NCBI GenBank assembly: GCA_937915455.1
Contig: CALDNN010000102.1
Span: 1-58,464 of the forward strand
Reading direction: 5' to 3'
DNA from: an uncultured Clostridia bacterium
GTDB taxonomy: Bacteria > Bacillota > Clostridia > Christensenellales > CAG-138
Length of the DNA stretch: 58,464 nucleotides
Shown: in pieces, positions 54,818 to 58,464 of the stretch
How the letters are laid out: every line of letters begins with the position of its first letter
Numbering within the stretch: the first letter of the stretch is position 1
Program-made: the position numbers and the translations under genes
The notes under the pieces: model-generated
Told to the model about the DNA's origin: nothing
The model's database searches: none
What the model saw: the letters and a program-made list of their open reading frames with translations, nothing else

Positions 54818-55464
54818 TGGAACACCTCCACGCCGGAAAGATCCAGCACGCCATCGCGGAGCACCGCGCGGAAAAATCGGGGGCTGATATCTGCGGGGTC
54901 ACTATAATCCATGTCGTAGAGCATAAAGCCCAGGTCCCGTTCCCCCTCGTAGGCGGCTTTGCCTATGGGATTCTCCACGGCACGCACATCCGCAGGAAAT
55001 TCGCGGCATCCCAAATACGGTTGATGAAAGCACTGGCCCTTCTGTATCCGCCGCATGATAATGGCATAAAACTTATCCGCATTATCATCCGACGCGGTGG
55101 CCTCCGTAAGGTCAAAGTGCGCCTCGATAACATAACGCACATCCCGCAAGAGCAGCGAGGCGCGCTGCTGGATGTTTGCCGTGGTGCTGATATTCAGCGG
55201 TTCGTTGCTTCCCTTCATGACGGTGAGCGCATTGGCTGCGGAAAGCTTGGCGGATACCTCGTTACGGCGGATGTTGACAAACCGGATGGGCTCCATGACA
55301 TGGATCCTGTCAATCCTCCACCGGATGCCGGGATGCCAGTAGATCGCTTCCAGCAGCCCCCGCGCGGCGGAAGGCGTGATCATATCGTAGCTCACGCGCT
55401 CCACTTTGAGCTCCGGGCGTGAAAACAGCGCATACTGGCCGGAAACTTCCAGTATTACACCCAA
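54814..55464 (-). CDS. cas5c: type I-C Cas5c (Cas5d)
   Basis: ILEVSGQYALFSRPELKVERVSYDMITPSAARGLLEAIYWHP. Start set at TTG 55464, which lies 5 nt after GGGAGGTGA. The ORF-track GTG 55509 would overlap cas3. Confidence 0.88.
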   Translation of the reverse strand: MGVILEVSGQYALFSRPELKVERVSYDMITPSAARGLLEAIYWHPGIRWRIDRIHVMEPIRFVNIRRNEVSAKLSAANALTVMKGSNEPLNISTTANIQQRASLLLRDVRYVIEAHFDLTEATASDDNADKFYAIIMRRIQKGQCFHQPYLGCREFPADVRAVENPIGKAAYEGERDLGFMLYDMDYSDPADISPRFFRAVLRDGVLDLSGVEVFQ

Positions 55465-55499
55465 AAAATCACCTCCCAAATAGTTATGGTTATCGCATA

Positions 55500-57713
55500 T
55501 CAGGCCCACACGCCTATTCCGGTATCCGGCGTACGAAGACCGATTTGCCTGTTATAAAGGGAAACATCGCGCAATACGGCAAGTTTATCATCCAGTACAT
55601 CCAAAACACCCGCCCCAAGCAGGGCAGCGTAAGCATTTTCATATACGTTAACGCTAAACCGCCCGGCATCTCGGAGCAGCTTTTGGCTGCGGAGTCCTTG
55701 CCTGAGATGGGTCGCAATCTCTATCGCAGCCGGCTCGTCATACAACACAACCAGAATTTGGCGCGTGCTCTGCTCAATCAGGCGGAAATTCTCCGCGATA
55801 GAAGCAAACGGGAAAGAAGGGGGACGGGATTTCACGCCATCTTCCAACCGGCCTACGATGTTTTCCTTATCCAAAGAAGAGCCCTTGTAACGATAAAGCT
55901 GTTCAAAGTAAGCACGGATGATGGAGGGGGATCCGACATCCTCGCATTCCTGCATCAGCTTATCCGCCACCTGAAAAGGCAACGCCAGGCTTGCGGGGAT
56001 GCGAGGGCTCTGATCCTGGACAAAACAGAACAGATGTACCGGGCTTTCTTCGATTGACCGCGTGCCTTCCCGGTTGCAGCGGCCCGCCGCCTGGATCATG
56101 GAATCCAGCCCGGCGCGCTCGCGGTAAACAGAAGGGAAGTCCAAATCCACCCCTGCCTCTATAAGACTGGTGGAAATGACTTTGCAGGGAATATTATCCT
56201 TAAGCCGTTGGCGGATGATCTCCAGCGTTCGCTTGCGGTGGAGCGGGTACATCAGCGTAGATAAGTGATAGCAGCCCTCTCCTTGCAGCAGTTCAAACAC
56301 CGCCTGCGCCTGCATGCGCGTATTCACGATGCAAAGCGTTTGATGCTCTCGGTTTAGCCGCCCCGCCAATGCTTCCGTGGAGAAGGCTTCCTTCTCTACA
56401 ACAAAGCGGGTTCGCCGAAAAACGGTATGGAGTTCCTCAAAATCCGGACAGATTTGAACCGGGCGCATTTCCTTTGGAAAATATGGATCCAGCGCGGGCT
56501 GCGTGGCGCTGCATAGCACCGCCGTGCAACGGTAGTTTTTCACAAGCTCCGCAATGGCGCGCACACAGGGAAGTAGGTAGGGCATGGGCAGCATTTGTGC
56601 CTCATCAAATATAACGACGCTGTTTGCGATGTTGTGAAGCTTTCTGCATTTTGATGGCCGGTTGGAAAAAAGCGACTCAAAGAACTGTACGGAGGTTGTA
56701 ACGACGATCGGGATATCCCAATTTTCGCTGGCGTGGCGTTTATAGAGGCGGTCTAAATTCCGGGTCTCTTCCGCGTCTTCATAGCCCGCGTTGCTGTGGT
56801 GCTCCAGTACTGCCTCATCCCCGAATATTTCCCGAAACACGCCCGCGGTCTGTTCGATGATATTTGTATAGGGGATCACATAGATGATCCGCCGCAGGCC
56901 CGGTTCCTCTGCATGGTGTAAAGCGTGGTACAAAGCAAAAGCCATGGAGGAAAGCGTTTTACCCCCTCCTGTAGGCACAGTGAGCGAATATAACCCCCGG
57001 GGAAGCTGCGCCGCCTCCCTGCAACGGGCGAGGATTTGCGCCCGTTTGCGGTTAAGTTCGTTTTTCGGCACTCCAAACGAGTCGAAATGCCGCTCCAGCA
57101 ATGTAAGCAGAGGCGTAAGCGGAAGCTCGTTCCGCCTAATCGGAGCGTTGTTCATAAACGCTTCCGTATCCAGATAATCCGCATCTACCAGGCAGGAAAA
57201 CAGCATCCGTGTCAGAAAGGAAAGCGAAAATCCGTGCCCTTCCAACGTAACGATGGGCGGAGGGGGCAGAACTGTGGAGGGAGGGAGACCAGCTTCATTA
57301 AGATAGCCGGAAATATCCCAGCCGTATTTGTTTTTCCTTTGCAGCTTTGCGCGCAATGTGGGCGCATCGGGCGTATCCGCGCTGTCGCCTCCATCCGGCA
57401 TACCGGCGTGGTGGCCTGCGGCACAATATGCAAGAAGATGGGTATTTGCCTGATAGAGCGCGATAGCCGCCGCCGCCGCATGCTCCGTTTTCGGGCCGCC
57501 GTTTAGAAGATACCGCTGAAACGCCGGTGCAGATTTCCCAATATCATGCACCAAACCCGCATGCTTTGCCCACGCTTCGCATCTGAATTGCCATGCAAAG
57601 CAGCCCGCAAGGTTACCCACGTCCTGTAAATGCTCGGAAAGCGGCTGGGTACGGCCATCCTCGCTTGTGTGGGCACTATAGCAAAAAGAAGCAGGGGGCG
57701 AACTAGAATGCAT
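55500..57713 (-). CDS. cas3: Cas3 HD nuclease/helicase
   Basis: 737 aa. HD domain (GLVHDIGK, AAGHHAG), helicase motifs TVPTGGGKT and VIFDEAQ, and SATQP. GGAGGA RBS before ATG 57713. Confidence 0.9.
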   Translation of the reverse strand: MHSSSPPASFCYSAHTSEDGRTQPLSEHLQDVGNLAGCFAWQFRCEAWAKHAGLVHDIGKSAPAFQRYLLNGGPKTEHAAAAAIALYQANTHLLAYCAAGHHAGMPDGGDSADTPDAPTLRAKLQRKNKYGWDISGYLNEAGLPPSTVLPPPPIVTLEGHGFSLSFLTRMLFSCLVDADYLDTEAFMNNAPIRRNELPLTPLLTLLERHFDSFGVPKNELNRKRAQILARCREAAQLPRGLYSLTVPTGGGKTLSSMAFALYHALHHAEEPGLRRIIYVIPYTNIIEQTAGVFREIFGDEAVLEHHSNAGYEDAEETRNLDRLYKRHASENWDIPIVVTTSVQFFESLFSNRPSKCRKLHNIANSVVIFDEAQMLPMPYLLPCVRAIAELVKNYRCTAVLCSATQPALDPYFPKEMRPVQICPDFEELHTVFRRTRFVVEKEAFSTEALAGRLNREHQTLCIVNTRMQAQAVFELLQGEGCYHLSTLMYPLHRKRTLEIIRQRLKDNIPCKVISTSLIEAGVDLDFPSVYRERAGLDSMIQAAGRCNREGTRSIEESPVHLFCFVQDQSPRIPASLALPFQVADKLMQECEDVGSPSIIRAYFEQLYRYKGSSLDKENIVGRLEDGVKSRPPSFPFASIAENFRLIEQSTRQILVVLYDEPAAIEIATHLRQGLRSQKLLRDAGRFSVNVYENAYAALLGAGVLDVLDDKLAVLRDVSLYNRQIGLRTPDTGIGVWA

Positions 57714-57914
57714 AGTCTATCCTCCTACAGGCGGTAGTTTAATATACATATTCGGATTATAAGAACTTTTCAATTTAGATGTCCAGGGTCTTGTTTTGCT
57801 TATATGATGAATGGCTGACTTTCGGAATAATCCCCTATTGGCATGTGGCTGTATGTTGGCAGAATCATATACGGATAATGGTTTCTTTATAAATAATCTG
57901 TAGTAATACTATTC

Positions 57915-57956
57915 AAAACAAAAAAGACCTAATTTCCCCTTGGCGGAAATTAGATC
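57915..57956 (-). terminator. rho-independent terminator (minus strand) of the small AT-rich gene
   Basis: Minus-strand CTAATTTCC-(7 nt)-GGAAATTAG stem followed by TTTTTTGTTTTG. Confidence 0.65.
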
Positions 57957-57960
57957 TTAT

Positions 57961-57985
57961 GTGTCATTAGTACAAAATAGATGCA
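57961..57985 (+). repeat. 25-nt direct repeat, copy 1 (GTGTCATTAGTACAAAATAGATGCA)
   Basis: Matches 58411-58435 at 24 of 25 positions. Confidence 0.7.
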
Positions 57986-58057
57986 CTAACAATTTGCTCT
58001 GTTATTACAAGAAATGTTTTATTAACTTCACATTATGCTCATAATAGACCGTGCGAC

Positions 58058-58291
58058 TTACTTTTTTGTTTTTATATGTAATACGATAGATAATATCAAG
58101 CATATTACAGTTGGAGGCAAAAACAATACGCTGTGAATAACAGCATCAAACTCAGCACCCATAGAAGCATATGGGTTGTACTCTTGAATATTGTAAATAT
58201 AAAATAGGCCTCCCAAATAACACATTAATAATACGCTTGCAATTCCGAGTAAAATTCTTGACCCAATATGTTTCTTCATTATAAATCTCAT
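58058..58291 (-). CDS. small two-TM membrane protein, unknown function
   Basis: 77 aa. AGGAGA RBS lies 7 nt before ATG 58291. Hydrophobic segments ILLGIASVLLMCYLGGLFYIY and VLFLPPTVICLILSIVLHI. Has its own terminator and sits in a very AT-rich context. Confidence 0.6.
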   Translation of the reverse strand: MRFIMKKHIGSRILLGIASVLLMCYLGGLFYIYNIQEYNPYASMGAEFDAVIHSVLFLPPTVICLILSIVLHIKTKK

Positions 58292-58410
58292 TTGGTAATC
58301 TCCTAAACAAAATATAAATAATACTAAGTTGGATTATACCTTTTAAGTATAACATAAACAATCAAGATAAAACAGATACAATTCTGCATCCATTTTATCC
58401 TGATAACTTT

Positions 58411-58435
58411 GTGTAATTAGTACAAAATAGATGCA
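58411..58435 (+). repeat. 25-nt direct repeat, copy 2 (GTGTAATTAGTACAAAATAGATGCA)
   Basis: Second copy. It is embedded in a 10-bp inverted repeat, ATTCTGCATC (58381-58390) and GATGCAGAAT (58430-58439). Confidence 0.7.
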
Positions 58436-58464
58436 GAATCTTCTTTGAAAGATTCAGGGGTTAA

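Overview
This is a 58.5-kb chromosomal segment from a high-GC, Gram-positive-type anaerobe. It looks Clostridia-like (Rnf complex, GGAGG ribosome-binding sites, lipobox lipoproteins, CCA-encoding tRNAs), but that taxonomic call is inference only.

Left third: an aspartate racemase and a DAACS symporter. Two tRNA islands follow (Lys-Gly on the minus strand; Val-Asp-Phe-Gly-Cys on the plus strand). They carry identical inverted tRNA-Gly copies and a shared 3' flank. They bracket an HD-GYP phosphodiesterase, a split TSUP/TauE pair and an rnfC-D-E-A-B operon with no rnfG.

Middle: a LacI-linked locus with a PfkB kinase, SIS protein and FucU-like mutarotase divergent from a GATase1-like protein, a BMP-type ABC transporter and an amidohydrolase. 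After it come an AbgB-like M20 hydrolase and a polar amino-acid ABC transporter.

Most interesting block (27.3-41.1 kb): a tightly packed exopolysaccharide-type operon. It encodes an N-acetylhexosamine-type nucleotide-sugar dehydrogenase, a protein with three NodB domains, a hyaluronan-synthase/NodC-like GT2 synthase with an N-terminal PilZ-like domain, a membrane protein with a degenerate deacetylase-like domain, a GH18-like lipoprotein and a DUF4180 protein. An orphan solute-binding lipoprotein and a large membrane GGDEF-EAL sensor follow directly. Together they look like a self-contained c-di-GMP-controlled polysaccharide system that I cannot map onto the pga/ica, bcs, pel or pss/yda gene sets.

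Right part: a LacI regulator, maltodextrin-type ABC transporter and MalQ; a lipoprotein; and an SPFH plus ribbon-helix-helix pair. The window ends in a lower-GC accessory region with an unknown secreted protein and a decayed type I-C CRISPR-Cas locus. In that locus cas3-cas5c-cas8c-cas7c are intact, cas4 is a pseudogene fused to a CRISPR repeat, no cas1/cas2 is seen, and the array holds one spacer. The final stretch is an AT-rich flank.
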